A stretch of DNA of 63,327 nt, filler included, from Saprolegnia diclina VS20 (GCF_000281045.1; 4 parts of 2 records of this genome joined end to end with filler, not necessarily neighbours in it); one strand, 5' to 3'. Shown: positions 50,701 to 63,327, counted from the first letter of the whole stretch. The notes: a model not told the origin generated them from the sequence alone. Numbers and translations: made by a program.

Positions 50701-52896
50701 GGTCTTGCACCGGGCGTGGCGCCAGGCCCTCGCGTCGGCGCCGGGCTCGTCGCCGTCGCTTTCACTCGTGCCAACCGCCGTGACGCCCCACGCACGTAGC
50801 AGCACGTCGACGTTGCTCAAGCACATGGCAACGCTCAAGCGCGGCCAGATTCTGGCCCCCACGGGCACCACCCTATACGAGATCGAAGCCAAGCGCAAGT
50901 TGACGCTGGCTCTGTACCGCGACGTCGACCCATTTGACGCGCACTCCAAGCTCAAGGCGCTCAACGCGCGGGCCAAAAAGATGGCTTGGTTCCTGTACCG
51001 CGACGGATGGGTATTTCGCTTATATATGGCCCGACGAGTCTGTCGCCAACATCGAAATAGGTGGCCGATGTCATACACGGGGTGGCGTGGACGATCTTGG
51101 CGGTCACCGTGTGGCGTCTCGTGGCCACGCGGGACGCCCTTCGAGAGGCATCGCGGACGTACCGCGGACTGCTCGCGCAGTCGTCAGGGTTGTTGCAGCG
51201 TCGGGGCGCGGTCGGCAAGACTCGCCGGCGGAAGAAAACCGCAGAAGCGATCGATGTGGCGTCCGGCGACGACTACCCGTCCGACTTGGCCGTGCTCCGC
51301 TCCGAGAAGGAGCTGCGCTACTTCCTCGTCGTCTCGGAGCTCCAAGGGATATTCTTGGACTTGCTTTTCATCTGGTGGGCACCACCTTCCGTCGACCATG
51401 CTCATTGCGTATTGTGTAGGCCGTCGGAGAATGGCAAAATCGGACTTGGCGATTTCTGGTCGAGCCTCCTGTACACGGCGTTGGCACTGGGGCTGCCACT
51501 CCTTTTTTACTACGTGTTGACCCCGGTCATCGCCGACGCATCGCTGCTGTCGCTTTTGGCGTGCTGGCTTGGCGTTGGCTGGGTCCTTCTCACGCTTTCG
51601 TCAATTGTCTCGGTGACGACGACCATCCAAGGCTTCAATGACACGCGGCGCGTCGACGCGATCAACCTCACGGACTTTCCCGCGTGCCTCAAAAACTACC
51701 TCGCGATCGTCAGCATTCTCTGGGAGCTAGTCCAGCTCAACACGATTCCGTGGCAAGTCTGGTACGCACCACAATTGCATCTGGGACTTCTCAAGTCGTT
51801 TTGGTAGGGACGCGTCGTACGTGGTGCATCAGATTGCAGCACTTGTGACCATTGACATCAACTTCAGCGGCTACTTTGTCGCGCAGTTTGAGTTCAACGC
51901 GTTTCTAGTACGTGGCGGATCGTCGAATTCTTGGAGACTATTGTCCTTTTCGCTAGATCAAGCAGCGCTTTGCCGTGGCCTGTCTGGTGCTGTGGTTCTT
52001 CAGCCTCAAAGCTGCCAACAAGTTCAAGGGCATGAACTGGCTCAACTATGTCGTCACGTTCTTGCTGCCGAGTTTGCTCAGCAGCGTCCTTTTCATGGTA
52101 CGTTGAAACAGTGTTGAAACTCAGTCGACTCTAGTTCATTCTCTAGTTTCTCGTCGAACAGTACATTTACGCGATGGCCTGTTATAAGCTGTCGACACCC
52201 GACACGACGACGTACGTGCTTTGGTCCAACCCCGCCATTGTGTGCTGGACTCCGACCCACGTACGTTATCTGTGAATTTGTCCATAGAGATTATTTCTTT
52301 CACTGACTAGTGGCAATATGCAATGGTCGGGATGTTCGGTATGGGTCTCTTCATCCCGCTCGCGGTCCTCTCGCACGGCAGCCACCAGCTCGCGTTTCCG
52401 CAGCTCGACCTCGACATTCAAACGTCGCCGCTCTTTGCGATGGTTGGTCAGCTTGTCAAGGGCCTCATGATTGGCGCCAAGACCTTTTTTGCTACCAACG
52501 TGGTATGTTCTCAGCGTGAACGCACTGCCGTCCTCACGGTATGCTAGCGCTTCTACCTCGGGATTTCTATCCTCGGCGACCTCGTCCTGCTCGTGTCTCA
52601 TTATCGCTTTCGCCGCGCGTGCTCGACTTGGTACTGGCTTCATCCTCGGACGATGGTGTCTCATGCAGCATAGGCACGTTCGTGCCGCCAAGCTCGTCGT
52701 ATACGCGCTGAGTCTCTGGAGCGCCGTCTGCGCAATGCTCTCGACATATCTCGACCGCGACACAGTGCCGCTTTTCATCATGTATGCGGGCCACGCCGCG
52801 ATGCTCCTCGTACTGCTTGCTGTCGTGCGCTATCGCATTCATTGGCTCTACGATACGCCTTCTCTTTTCGACGACACCAAGACTACGGCAGGCTAG
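32724..52896 (+). CDS. Giant (~6,300 aa) ARM/HEAT-repeat membrane protein with IQ-like, cNMP-binding-like and C2-like domains and C-terminal TM bundle
   Basis: Consecutive ORFs join in frame via about 22 short GT-AG introns (e.g. 34333-34381, 34971-35016, and junctions near 35.6, 37.5, 37.7, 38.2, 38.6, 38.8, 39.1, 39.4, 39.9, 40.0, 42.9, 47.9, 48.6, 50.4, 51.0, 51.4, 51.8, 51.9, 52.1, 52.3, 52.5 kb). Leu/Ala-rich helical repeats throughout. The 3' end could include one more exon. Confidence 0.75.
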
Positions 52897-53432
52897 TGTC
52901 GATGTTAATTCGCCAGCTTATGTCATATTCGATGGGCTGTGTACAGGAGAGAGCAGCAACGAGCAACACCGAGGGGTCGACGCATGCGTCGGCCGTTGCC
53001 TTGAGCGTCTCATGCGTCTTTGCGCCAAATACCTCGTGCTCTCCCGCACAGTGAACATGGCAGTGCGGGATCTCCATAGAATTTGCTATCGCGTGTCTCT
53101 CGACAAATTATTGCACGATGCGACACGGATAGGTTGGATGCGTTTACAATGTACGTTGCCAGTAGCAGAGTCCAAGTGCCTTTACTCGAATCTGGTGCAA
53201 AATAAATCTGTGAGCTGTTGTTTCACACCGATGTGGACGTGCACGATTGCAGCGCGTAAGAGGGCGAGTATTCCGGGCGTAGTCCACAACATTTGGGTTG
53301 GAGTTCCCGGCAGATTCATCGTGATCCACACGAGTGGTTGTGACGCCGCTCGTCGACATGAAAATGTACAGAATATGTCGATCTGTGTTGCTTTTACAAT
53401 GGAATACATGCCTAGCGCTATCACCCGGACAC

Positions 53433-54727
53433 TTACGTTTCTTTGAGCCATCCGCGGTTCGCGACGCAGATGGCTTCCAGCTGCGCCATGACCTTGGTCG
53501 TCGTTGCGTCACTCTTGTCGATACGCCGGCCCACGTCGACGCGGACAAGCGCGTGCAGTCCCAGTAGCGCCAGCGGTAGCACAGTCAGATTCGAGTCATC
53601 AAACAAGAACGACACGAGCGCTGGCAGCTGCGCAATCGAGTCGGGCACGGGCGAGCTGATCGCGTTCCCGCCCAAGTTGAGGATCTCGAGGCTTGTGAGG
53701 TGTCCAATGCAGCTTGGGAGCTCCACGAGGCGGTTTTTTCGCAAATTTAACATGCGCATGTTGGCGTTGCCCGTGCAGAGCGACTCTGGGATCTGACGCA
53801 ACAAGTTCGTGTTGACATCGACTTCGGTCAAGCTCGGGAGGTTCGAGAGGTCCGGAAGCTCTTTTATCTGGTTGCGGTACAGCTGGACCTAGACAGCAGA
53901 TTACAAAAGGTACTAGACTACTGGGGTGACGTACTTGGGTTAGCTCCTTGCAGTGGTTGAGATCCGGGAACGACCGGAGGCGGTTAAAGTACGCAGCGCA
54001 GCGTTTGAGTCGCACGAGATTTGGAATCGGGTCCAGCTGCGTCAGTGCATTGCCCTACATGCAACGAGGGCTCAGTTGCGCTACACATCAAAACGAGACG
54101 AACAGCAATGTTGAGCTCGACGAGGTTCGCAAGCTTGAAGAAGCCTGGCCCGAGCTCCGTGAGCTTGTTGTTGTAAAAGTTAATTTCTTCGAGAGCGATG
54201 CAGCCGTCGATCGAGTCTGGGAGCGTCGTGATGCCGTTCTTGAAGGCAATGATTTGCGTGAGCGCCTTCAAGTTGCCAATGGTCTTGGGCAGCGACACGA
54301 GTTCGTTTTCCGACACGATGAGCGACGTCAAATTTGGGAGCTCGCAGAGCGCATCGGGCAGCTCCGAGAGGTGGTTTTGGGAAATGTCGAGCTTGGTGAG
54401 GGCCTCGAGGTTGGCAATCGCGGGGTCGAGCACGTGAATGTCGTTGGCGCTCACGTTGAGCTCCTTGAGGTGGCAGAGCACAAAGATTTCGGGTGGAATT
54501 TGCTTGAGCACCGCGAGCTTGTGCTTGGTAAGCGTACCGGTAAAGTCCGAGCCCGACGCATGCGAGAGCTCGAGCGCCTCGTCCTTGAACGAGGAAATGT
54601 ATAGCTTGACGTCTTTGATCGCCTTGGGCGGCTTGGGCAGCTCGTTGCCGCCTGCATTCGCCGGCTCGCGCACCGACCTCGGCTCGATTGTCGACGCTGC
54701 TCCTTGCTTGGACGTGCCGCCGCCCAT
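53433..54727 (-). CDS. Leucine-rich-repeat protein, N-myristoylation-type start
   Basis: Starts MGGGTSKQG, followed by repeated LxxLxLxxNxLxxLP units. Introns 54055-54103 and 53889-53934. Confidence 0.88.
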
Positions 54728-55980
54728 GCTGTCGCTAGTTGTTCCTGCTACAACGCAAAACGCTTGGCTATTTTTTCCACGCACGGGGTTTTGCCCGTTG
54801 GCATTCACCGGTTGGACACAAAAACAACCAGCTTTTCGTTTGTTCAACGTCATTCTTTGCTTCATTCAAGAGTGTTGCGTCGACCGAGCGAGCATACAGT
54901 TATCGCAATCCCTTGTCGTCGGGGGCACGATGACACTAGCGGGCCAGTTTGACATAAAAGCCGAATCCTTTGGATACTACGTGGACACACCTGCCCTCGT
55001 ACCGCTTTACTGAGCCCCGGCAGAGCTGAACAAAAAACATTGCATGTGCAGTTGTGTGAGCTGGGCACGCGCATCACAAGCAAATTGGCGTCGCACCATT
55101 GGAGTTTGCGTTGCCACGATCAGCGTGTCGACGCCAGAGCGACATGGCGCCAAAGCCAGCGAGAAAGCACTGCTTGCATAGGCCTTCCTGAGATCTGCCC
55201 AATCAACAAGCCCCATGTGTTGATTATGTTTTTATTTTGACCAATCCCATGGCCGGACTGCCATGCGATCGACAGTACCCCGGTGTACACGCAGAGGGCG
55301 CTCGGCGTTGCAACCGTGCGCCCGTCGTTGCGCAACGCTGCAGTTGCCTGTCGCGCTCACTGTCGCGACACCCTCGCGTGTGCGAAATGCGATAGAGAGT
55401 AGCACGTCCTTCGGCGATCCGGACTTGCTGGTTCCGGCCGCTTCGAGCGACTCGTTTGGCCAACCACGCCCGACTCGTCCACGGCATGGTTCGAAACATT
55501 TAGCGTACAAGCGCTCAGAGCGCTGCAGTGCCAAGTTGCAGACGTGTCGCGTGGTGTCCAGCTGCGGCGTCCACTGGCGTTGCCCGGCGCAGCGACGTGG
55601 TCGAACGCGCGCTGCTCATTGGCGAAGTTTGCTTTCGATTTCGTCGTGTTACTCGACGACCATCGAAGGCCCCTGGCGTCGCGTTCAGTGCGCCACTGGA
55701 GCCACAGGGGCACGACTCGCGATCTAGAAGGGCGATCTTCGCATGAGCGCGCGCTGATTGGTCCCTTTGGAATCTGATTCTGAGCACAGAGTGTCGTCGA
55801 ATTTTCGAACCGTCGCGGACCAATCCGTGGGCGCCAGCGCCGTGGTGGCAGATGGTTCGATGTGCCGCCTGTCTTTTTATATTTCGCGTCTCGGCATACA
55901 AAGTATATGTTCAAATAAAATATAGAATTAAAATTTCCCACCGGTGCGACTTTGCCGTTGGGCAACCCACACGTCGGGGC

Positions 55981-57648
55981 ATGGATTGGGGCGCACTCTA
56001 CCACGACACGGGCGACAGCCTCGTCCAGTCGCAGCGCTCCAGCCTCGCACTCGTACCTATGGCCTCGACGTCCTCGACAACGACGCGGAGCTGGGCCACG
56101 ATGGACGACGCCCACGACGTGGCCGAGACGCGCTCGTCGCGCGCTGCGCACCAGCTCATCTCGTTCTCGCTCTCGCGGTCCATGAGCTTCCAAGTGCTCG
56201 AGTACGACGTCGAGAGCGCGTACTCGCCGCTCGTCGCGTACTCGTTCACGGTCAACTACATCCTCGGCGTTGGCAGCCTCGGCGTGCCGTACGCGTTGTA
56301 CCATGCTGGCCTCCTCTTTGGCTCGATCATGCTCCTCATCGTCTCGTGGCTCTCGTACATCACCGTCATGTGGGTAAGCGAGACAACGGTGCGCGCGCGC
56401 GAGCTCGACGCGATGAACACGCACACCAAACTGCTCGCCGACCCGATGCATTTTCCGGAGGTAACGACGCTCTGCGAGCGCTTCCTCGGCCACATTGGCG
56501 CGCGCGTCTACCAGATCTCGCTCCTCGGCTTGATGTACGGCGGCCTCATTGGCTACGCGCAAGTGTTTGTCAACAGCATTGCGTCGCAGCTCGCGTCCTT
56601 TGCCATGAGCAACGTGGCGGTCGCGATCGTGTTTGGCCTCATTGTCGTGCCGCTCTCGTGCGTGGGTACGACGCCTTGATGACGTGGCCGACGCTGAGCC
56701 ATGTGTAGATCTCAACGAGCAGATCCACGTGCAAGTCGGCATGGCCGTGCTGCGCTTTGTAGCGCTGCTGACCATGATTGTGAGCGCCGCCGTGGCCATG
56801 TGGACAGACGCCGCCGACAGCGGTACGCTGTGTACCTTGCCGCGCCTTTGACCGACGCTGTGTTTGTAGGCAGCACCACAACGACGACGACGCCATACCT
56901 CAGCGACGTGCCGCTCGTGGACTTTCGCGGTTTTGGGTTGCTCTTCAGCACGACTGTCTTTTCCCAGGTACAACCAATGATTCTGGAAGCGCATTTCTAA
57001 CGTGTTGTGCACTAGCTCTTTCAACACTCGGTGCCCGGCCTCCTCGCACCGCTCTCGCGTGCCAACCAGCCGAAAGCGGCGCAGATTTTTGGCGGTGCGC
57101 TCCTGACGACGACGCTCTTCTACCTCGGCCTTGGCCTCACATGCTGCTACTACTTTGGCGACCGCATTAGCTCGAGCGTCAACCTCAACTGGGCCAACTT
57201 TACGTGGGGCTTGGACCCGGTGCCGATCTGGGCGCGCTGCCTCACGGCGCTCGTCGTGTTGTTTCCGGCTCTGGACACGCTCAGCGTGTTTCCGTTGATT
57301 GCGATCACGCTCGGCGACAACCTCGCGGTCTCGCTGCGGCACTGCTGCACGTTTTTGAGCCGCAGCCAAGTGCGCGTTTTCTGCCGCCTCGTCGCGGCGC
57401 TCCCGCCCCTTGTCGTTGCCGTGCTCGTCTCGGATCTGAGCGTGACGCTGCAGATCTCGGGTGTCTTTGGTGTCTACGTGGCCTTCCTTGCGCCCGCGCT
57501 CTTGCAATTTGTGGCACGCCGCGAGGACCCGCGTGACAACATGTACTCGGGTCGTTTCAGCGGCGACTTCTATATCTATTTGGTGCTGCTCTTTGGCGTC
57601 GCCGCCTTTGGTATCCTGAGCTTCCAGATCGGCACGCAAGGGGTGTAA
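55981..57648 (+). CDS. Amino-acid transporter, Aa_trans family (TMEM104-like)
   Basis: YSPLVAYSFTVNYILGVGSLGVPYA, SQLFQHSVPGL, LFPALDTLSVFPLIAITLGDNL and about 11 TM segments. Three introns near 56666, 56823 and 56968. The start could be 56101. Confidence 0.85.
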
Positions 57649-58788
57649 TATGACCTTTTCTTGTCTGCCGCCCATCCTCTCGGCCCTACGGCAACGACTT
57701 GAGTGCTCGAACGTACGGTCGCAATTTTTCTCGGAGCTCAGTTTTCATCTTAACGAATCAATCAGCGATGCATTTTTTACATTGGACTATACCTAGAGGC
57801 TAAAAACAAGCCCATAATGCAATGGCCGCAAGCACATACCGCGGTACAGTAGCAGTTGCCATCAAATGACATGGGTGACCTTATGTGCTACTTGTGGGTC
57901 GGCTTTCTGTCAAACTTGAATGTATTCGTGGCTCACTACTGTCATACTTCTAGACAGACGCTTCCATGGTCACTGAAATGGTCCCAGTGTTGTGGCTCCG
58001 CGCACAGAGCGTGGTTTTGAAAACGCAATTTTATTCAACTCCATTCGTTGAAAAATCACCAAGAATTCCAGCATTTTCCTCATGCATTATTGCTGTGGCA
58101 GTTGTGAGAGCCTTGTCAAAACTTTTGCAACCTTCTCAAATCGCTTTGACATAATTAGGGGCGCTTTCTCTAGCTCTAGAGTACTTGTCGTTGTAACGTT
58201 AGACTTTCTTGTGCAGTTGAGAGCAAGCTACACTTTTCAGAGCTGGAATCGCTACGTGTAGAAGCTGCAAAGCGAATGGGCTGCGATCGTGGTGGCAAGT
58301 TCTGAAATTATGTTGTTTGTGGTTATTTGTGGTGTTTAACACAAATAACATGTTGGACTCTGCACGACGCTGCAGACCGCCGACGCCGACGAGACGCAGC
58401 GTTTCGAACTCTCCAAAGCATTGTCTATCGACATGCCAAGTACGAAAGCTTTCATTGTCAAATGCGATTTGGCCGATCACGGCGCTCGAAACTGGCAAGC
58501 TGCATCATCGGCGAAAACATCACGCCTGTGATTGGCTAAAACTAGAAAATAGAGCAGCCAATCAAATGATTTTGTGGCATTTTACTGCACAACGGCACTG
58601 GAGGTTGACCTGCCCCACGCACGGCCTCGTGCGCTGTCGTGCGTCTTGGGCCCTCGACCAAGTACTTGCTATCGTCAATCACAGGCAATAGTGGCATGCA
58701 GGTGCAGACGTAGTGCGACTCGCCGTCGAAGATGACGGGTTCCTTTACATGTAGGAGCTCCTGTGGATGCGTGGTCATGACCTGGTGC

Positions 58789-58888
58789 NNNNNNNNNNNN
58801 NNNNNNNNNNNNNNNNNNNNNNNNNNNNNNNNTTAATTAATTAANNNNNNNNNNNNNNNNNNNNNNNNNNNNNNNNNNNNNNNNNNNN
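58789..58888. other. Assembly gap with artificial six-frame stop linker
   Basis: 44 N + TTAATTAATTAA + 44 N. Confidence 0.97.
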
Positions 58889-58959
58889 ATTTTTTACTAG
58901 ATATTTTATATCGCTGAAATGGATTATCGCCGGCATGCGTGAAACTTTGGGCCCTCAAG

Positions 58960-59345
58960 GCCGTAGTATCCCGCAACATGCGCATTGAGGCCAGCACAGG
59001 CACCCGCAAGCGACAGTCGAGGTGCTGACGACTGCCAACAGGCCCCGCAAGGCGCGCACAGTCAGTACACCCAGCCAATCTACGGACAACCTCACCGTCT
59101 GTAACAAATGGAGCCCTATTCCTTTTGGCCTCGTACGACTCGGGTGAAGCAACGGAACGCATTCTAGTGTTCTTTCGTAGGTACGTGGGCAGCCAGCAAG
59201 GCAAGGTGAGTCGTAGCGTCGCATTAGGTGTCGAGGACGATCAATACTGTAGAGTTTTTTCCTTGAACAAACTTTGCGTATCCACGCAGCCTTGCGACCT
59301 TTGCGATCGGGTGTTCCATCTCGCAATGTCCTGCAGTACACAACA
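58960..59345 (+). pseudogene. Possible degenerate MULE transposase relic
   Basis: FLLASYDSGEATERILVF resembles the FLLxDSGxxxxRILIF motif that precedes the MULE catalytic domain. Frames are broken and the segment is adjacent to a gap. Confidence 0.33.
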
Positions 59346-59457
59346 TTGTGTGCATCCCTCTTGACACTTTTTTAATTACCAGTAGTTATCACATTTGCAT
59401 GCCGACGCAGCTCTTGCCTGATGTCAAGATACGTCGTCTGTCGACTGTACTAGAATC

Positions 59458-61001
59458 TTAGTTGCCAACCGGCGGCTTGAGAAGCGTCGGCGGCTTGCGC
59501 GCGGTACCAAGCGGCAGAGTCACAACGTCCTTGATCTTGCCCCACGCGGGCATCGTCACGAGCTCTTCTGACGCCGTCGGGTGGATCGCGACAATATTGT
59601 CAAAGTCCGACTTGTATGCGCCCATTTTGACGGCAACGCCAAAGCCCTGGATCATCTCGTCGGCGCCGAGGCCCGCGACGTGAACGCCGACGACAGCTTC
59701 TTCGACGCCGATGCACACGAGCTTCATCGCGGTTTGCACCTTATCCTTCTCGGCGCACATGGCATAAAACATGTTGGAGAACGAGCTCGTGTGCGTCGTC
59801 ACGTTGTGCGCACCGTACTGCGCAATGGCCTGCGCCTCGGTCAAGCCAATCGTACCAATCGGCGGGTGGCTAAACACAACGGTCGGGATCTGGGAATAGT
59901 TGACGCACGCGTTCGGCTCGTTGCCGAAAAGACGGTCCGCGAGCCGACGACCGGCCGCAATCGCCACCGGCGTTAGCTCCCATCCGGTCGTCGTGACATC
60001 GCCAATCGCGTAGACGTTGGGAACAGTGGTGTTTTCTTGGGCGTCGACTTGGATGAATTTCTCGGTGGAAAGTGCAATGTCGGTCGTCTCCAGCCCCAAG
60101 TCGTGCGTCCGGGGCGTCCGCCCAATCGCAAAGAGAACCGTCTCGAAGCCGGTAAACGACTGAGGTTCACCGGCGACCGTCGCCTGGAGTGTCAACGTCC
60201 CGTCACCCGCCTTTTCAATCGCATTGATGCCGCTCTCCCGCACAAATTGCACGCCAGCGCTATGCCATCAAAATGAACCTGTCGCGATAGATCAATGTAT
60301 GGATCGTGAGCGACGTACTGCTCCATCTCAGTGTTGACGAGGTCGCGCACGATCGGGTCAAACGTACGCAGCACCTGGTTGCCGCGGCAAAACACCGTCG
60401 TGTTCGACTTGAGCGCGTTAAAGATGCCGGCGAGCTCGACCGCAATGTAGCCGGCGCCGACGACCGCGACCTTGCGGGGCTGCGTCTCGAGCGCAAAGAA
60501 CCCGTCGCTCGAAATCGCGTGTTCGATGCCGGGAATCGGTGGCAGGGCCGGGACACCGCCGACGGCAATGAGGATGTGCTTGGCCGTGTACCGTTCGCCG
60601 TTGACTTCAATCGTGTGGTTGTCGACAAACTTGGCGGCGCCCATGACGAGATCGACCTTGTCTTCGAGCATGCCTTCGCCGTACATACTGTTCAGCCACG
60701 TGACGTACGCATCGCGCTTGGCTTTCATCGCCGCCCAGTCAAAGGCGCCATATTGAATGTCCGACACACCCTTGAACGCGTACGCGCGCGCCGAATGGAG
60801 CATCTCGGCGTGGAGCGCAGCGTTGAACATGATCTTCTTGGGTACGCAGCCCACGTTGACGCATGTGCCACCGAGGCCAGCACCGTCATTCTCGCGGCCA
60901 CGCTCGACGACGAGGACTTTGGCACCGTAGGCCACCGCGCGGTGGGCTGTCGACACGCCACCCGAGCCCGCACCGAGCACAATGTAGTCGTAGGTTGTCA
61001 T
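59458..61001 (-). CDS. GSR: Glutathione reductase
   Basis: GAGSGG FAD motif, [13 protein letters not shown] redox centre, [13 protein letters not shown] motif, [22 protein letters not shown] and HPTASEE. Intron 60260-60318. Confidence 0.95.
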
Positions 61002-61464
61002 GCTGTGTGTATTTGATGGGAGATTCACAACTGTGGACAAGAGCCATTGCAAATCAAAGCCATGCGCGCGTCTTGGCACATTCGGAGGAGAAAGGAAGGG
61101 ATGGTTGTAGCCAGCTCAGTTGTTTGGAGCTGCTCGTATCTTTGGTGGCTTGTCACAGCCTCCCTGCAACAGCCTCGTGTCGGTTTTACATTTTTCGGTG
61201 GTAGAACTACCACGTACGTCCGCCACCCTTTTCTCCTCCCCACCGACATGCAGAGCCGGGCACAAAACCATAAAATACACTCCAAGAACAATAATACTGG
61301 CACGTGCAAAACACCCAAGGAGTACCCTAACTACCCTTCTATATCGAGCACTGCAACGGCCACGAGTAATGTCGATGACTGCATCGTCTTGATCGATCAT
61401 CCACTGCGGTATCTTTCTTTGCAAAAGATATGCAAAAATCTTTTCATTTCCCATTTGATCATCG

Positions 61465-61564
61465 NNNNNNNNNNNNNNNNNNNNNNNNNNNNNNNNNNNN
61501 NNNNNNNNTTAATTAATTAANNNNNNNNNNNNNNNNNNNNNNNNNNNNNNNNNNNNNNNNNNNN
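61465..61564. other. Assembly gap with artificial six-frame stop linker
   Basis: 44 N + TTAATTAATTAA + 44 N. Confidence 0.97.
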
Positions 61565-63327
61565 GTCGGACAGTGCTTGACGTTGTACATGGTGTAGAGG
61601 CACCGCGAGACCTTGGCCATGTACGCTTGACCCCGGTCGGAAACCAGCACTCGTGGTGCTCCAAAAGGCTGGATGATAAAGTTGTGCAGCACCATCGCCG
61701 TCGTCTCCGCCGACTTGTCGCGGACTGGCAGGCACCAGACGTAGCGTGTGAAGAGGTCCGTGACGACGAGGACGTACTTGTTGCCGTTGGCCGTAGGGAC
61801 ACTGAGCAGGTCCGCGTGGTCTGCCGCGAGCGCGTCCATCGGGGCGTACCCGACGCGTGGGCTCCCACTGGGTGCGCGCGTGGTGTGACGTGGGTGCTTG
61901 GACTCTTGACATCGGATGCACCGCTTCACAAACGCAGTGACGTCGCCGAGCATGCCTGGCCAATACGACGTCAAGGCGAGTTTGTCGAGAGTCTCTTGGA
62001 TGCCGCCATGAGACTCATCGACGCCGGCATGTGCGCCGGCGACCAGTTCCCGTCGGAGTGACGAGGGGATCACGGCAACTGGGCGGCCCGGTCCGACGCC
62101 TCGACGGTAAGCGGGTCGAGTTGTCACCTTACAAAGCACGCCATCCATCATCGTGTAGTCGGCGACGTCTTCGAGCTTGTACCGGATCGGCCGGCCATCG
62201 TCATGTTGCTCGAGGTACTCAATAAACCCGGCCATCCATCGGACGCCAAGTTGGCCTTGCCGGATCCGCTGATTGCGTAACGCGTCAGCAGTGCTTGCAT
62301 CGTCTGTGGCTTCAATGGCTGCTGACAACGCGTCCTGGTCCGGGGCGCTATACGGGGGAACGCACCCCCACGGTGGTAGCGGCCGGTTCGCGTCGACCCA
62401 CGATTGGACAACCTCGACGTTGATGGCCTTCCGATCGGCAATTCCTTGGCGGTCCACTGGCGACTGGTCGTCCATGACCCAATTGGCGGCGAAGTCGGCA
62501 GCGCCGTTGTACTCGCGAGGCACGTGGTAAAGCACCCACGCGTCGAAGCCACTGAGGATCTGCGTGATCGTCGAGATGCGCTTCCGGAGGCCCTCTTCCT
62601 TGGGGACAAAAACTCGGTGGACGAGGTTGCAGATGAGCTCGGAGTCCGAGAACGCCACAACGGTGCGGCTCCCGCGTCCCCGCGCGGCCCTGAGCGCGGC
62701 CTCGAGGCCAGCGGCCTCCTGCTGGTTGACAGTCGCAGTGCCCGGGCCCGATCCGCCGCCGGCTTCGAGCAGAGTGCGGCCACGGCTGTCCCACATGCAG
62801 AACCCGTGGCCACTCGTCTCCCCGCCGCGGTTGGCTCCATCGCTCGACACGATAACAGCGTCCTCGCCCATATGGGGCCACTGGAAGGTCGGAGGGTACA
62901 TAGCGACCGTGGGTGCGTCTTGCGGCGATCGGCCCAGTAGCATCTCGAGCGGGTACTGCTGTCGTTTCTGGCCGACGTCGATCTTGAGCGGGAGCGACCC
63001 GAGCTCAAATTGCCACTTGCCCAGCCGACCGTAGTGGTGAGCATGCGCGACTGCCCACCGAAGGTTTGGGTTCCACGTGTACACCTGGATCACTGCGCCG
63101 CCGAGGTGGTGCCGCCATTGGCGCACTCCGAGCAGGAGCGCCATCATCGTCTTCTCCACGGGCGTATAGCGGAGCTCACATTCGTTCAGCGTCGCGCTAG
63201 CAAACCCGATCGGCCGTTCGCCATCGGCTGACGTCTGCGAGAGCACGCACCCGATCGTCGAGAAGTCAGACCCGACCGTGAGGTTAAACGGGGCATCGGG
63301 CGTCGGGACTTGGAGCGCGACCATGTC
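61565..63327 (-). mobile_element. Ty3/Gypsy LTR-retrotransposon pol fragment: degenerate RNase H, second (archaeal-type) RNase H, integrase
   Basis: First RNase H: IGCVLSQ...RPIGFAS...RYTPVEK. Second RNase H: SDGANRG...NQQEAAGL...FSDSELI...HVPREYNGAADFAAN. Integrase: H..H/CIRC zinc finger and core ADH, TDLFTRY, VSDRG. The frame is open throughout. Confidence 0.93.

Noticed and set aside
32640..52896. Interpretation as many separate or pseudogenised ORFs
   Set aside because: Every break examined is bridged in frame by a canonical short intron.
55480..55505. GGTTCGAA as a tRNA T-loop (also GGTTCGAC near 536)
   Set aside because: No 5-bp T-stem or cloverleaf could be built.
55357..57675. 772-aa antisense ORF, and similar ones at 5185-6621, 14045-15214 and 16673-17671
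   Set aside because: Shadow ORFs opposite GC3-rich genes, with no recognisable motifs.

Overview
This is gene-dense eukaryotic DNA, most likely an oomycete of the Saprolegnia/Achlya type. That assignment is inferred from roughly 42-63 nt GT-AG introns, GC3-rich codons, oomycete INR/FPR core promoters and an AA15-LPMO-CBM1 gene. The window is a scaffold with four 100-bp gaps, three carrying an artificial TTAATTAATTAA linker. Recognisable genes are CENP-X, SNW1/SKIP, RPL37, PIF1, glutathione reductase, two tandem APC amino-acid permeases, a TMEM104-like transporter, an SF-assemblin-like protein, a globin, an LRR protein, two ankyrin-oxygenase fusions and two paralogous surface proteins. A single ~20 kb spliced gene encodes a ~6,300 aa ARM/IQ/cNMP/C2/multi-TM protein. 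Mobile DNA comprises a P-element-like transposase fragment, probable MULE relics and a Ty3/Gypsy pol with dual RNase H. The best candidate for an undescribed system is at 11.6-19.1 kb. There, two paralogous ~100-aa basic micro-proteins ending in an eh1-like L[SC][IV]xF[LI]LN tail bracket the permease pair, and all four promoters carry a TGATGTGGCA-type motif, suggesting a self-contained regulon. All domain calls come from reading motifs by eye; no database searches were run.
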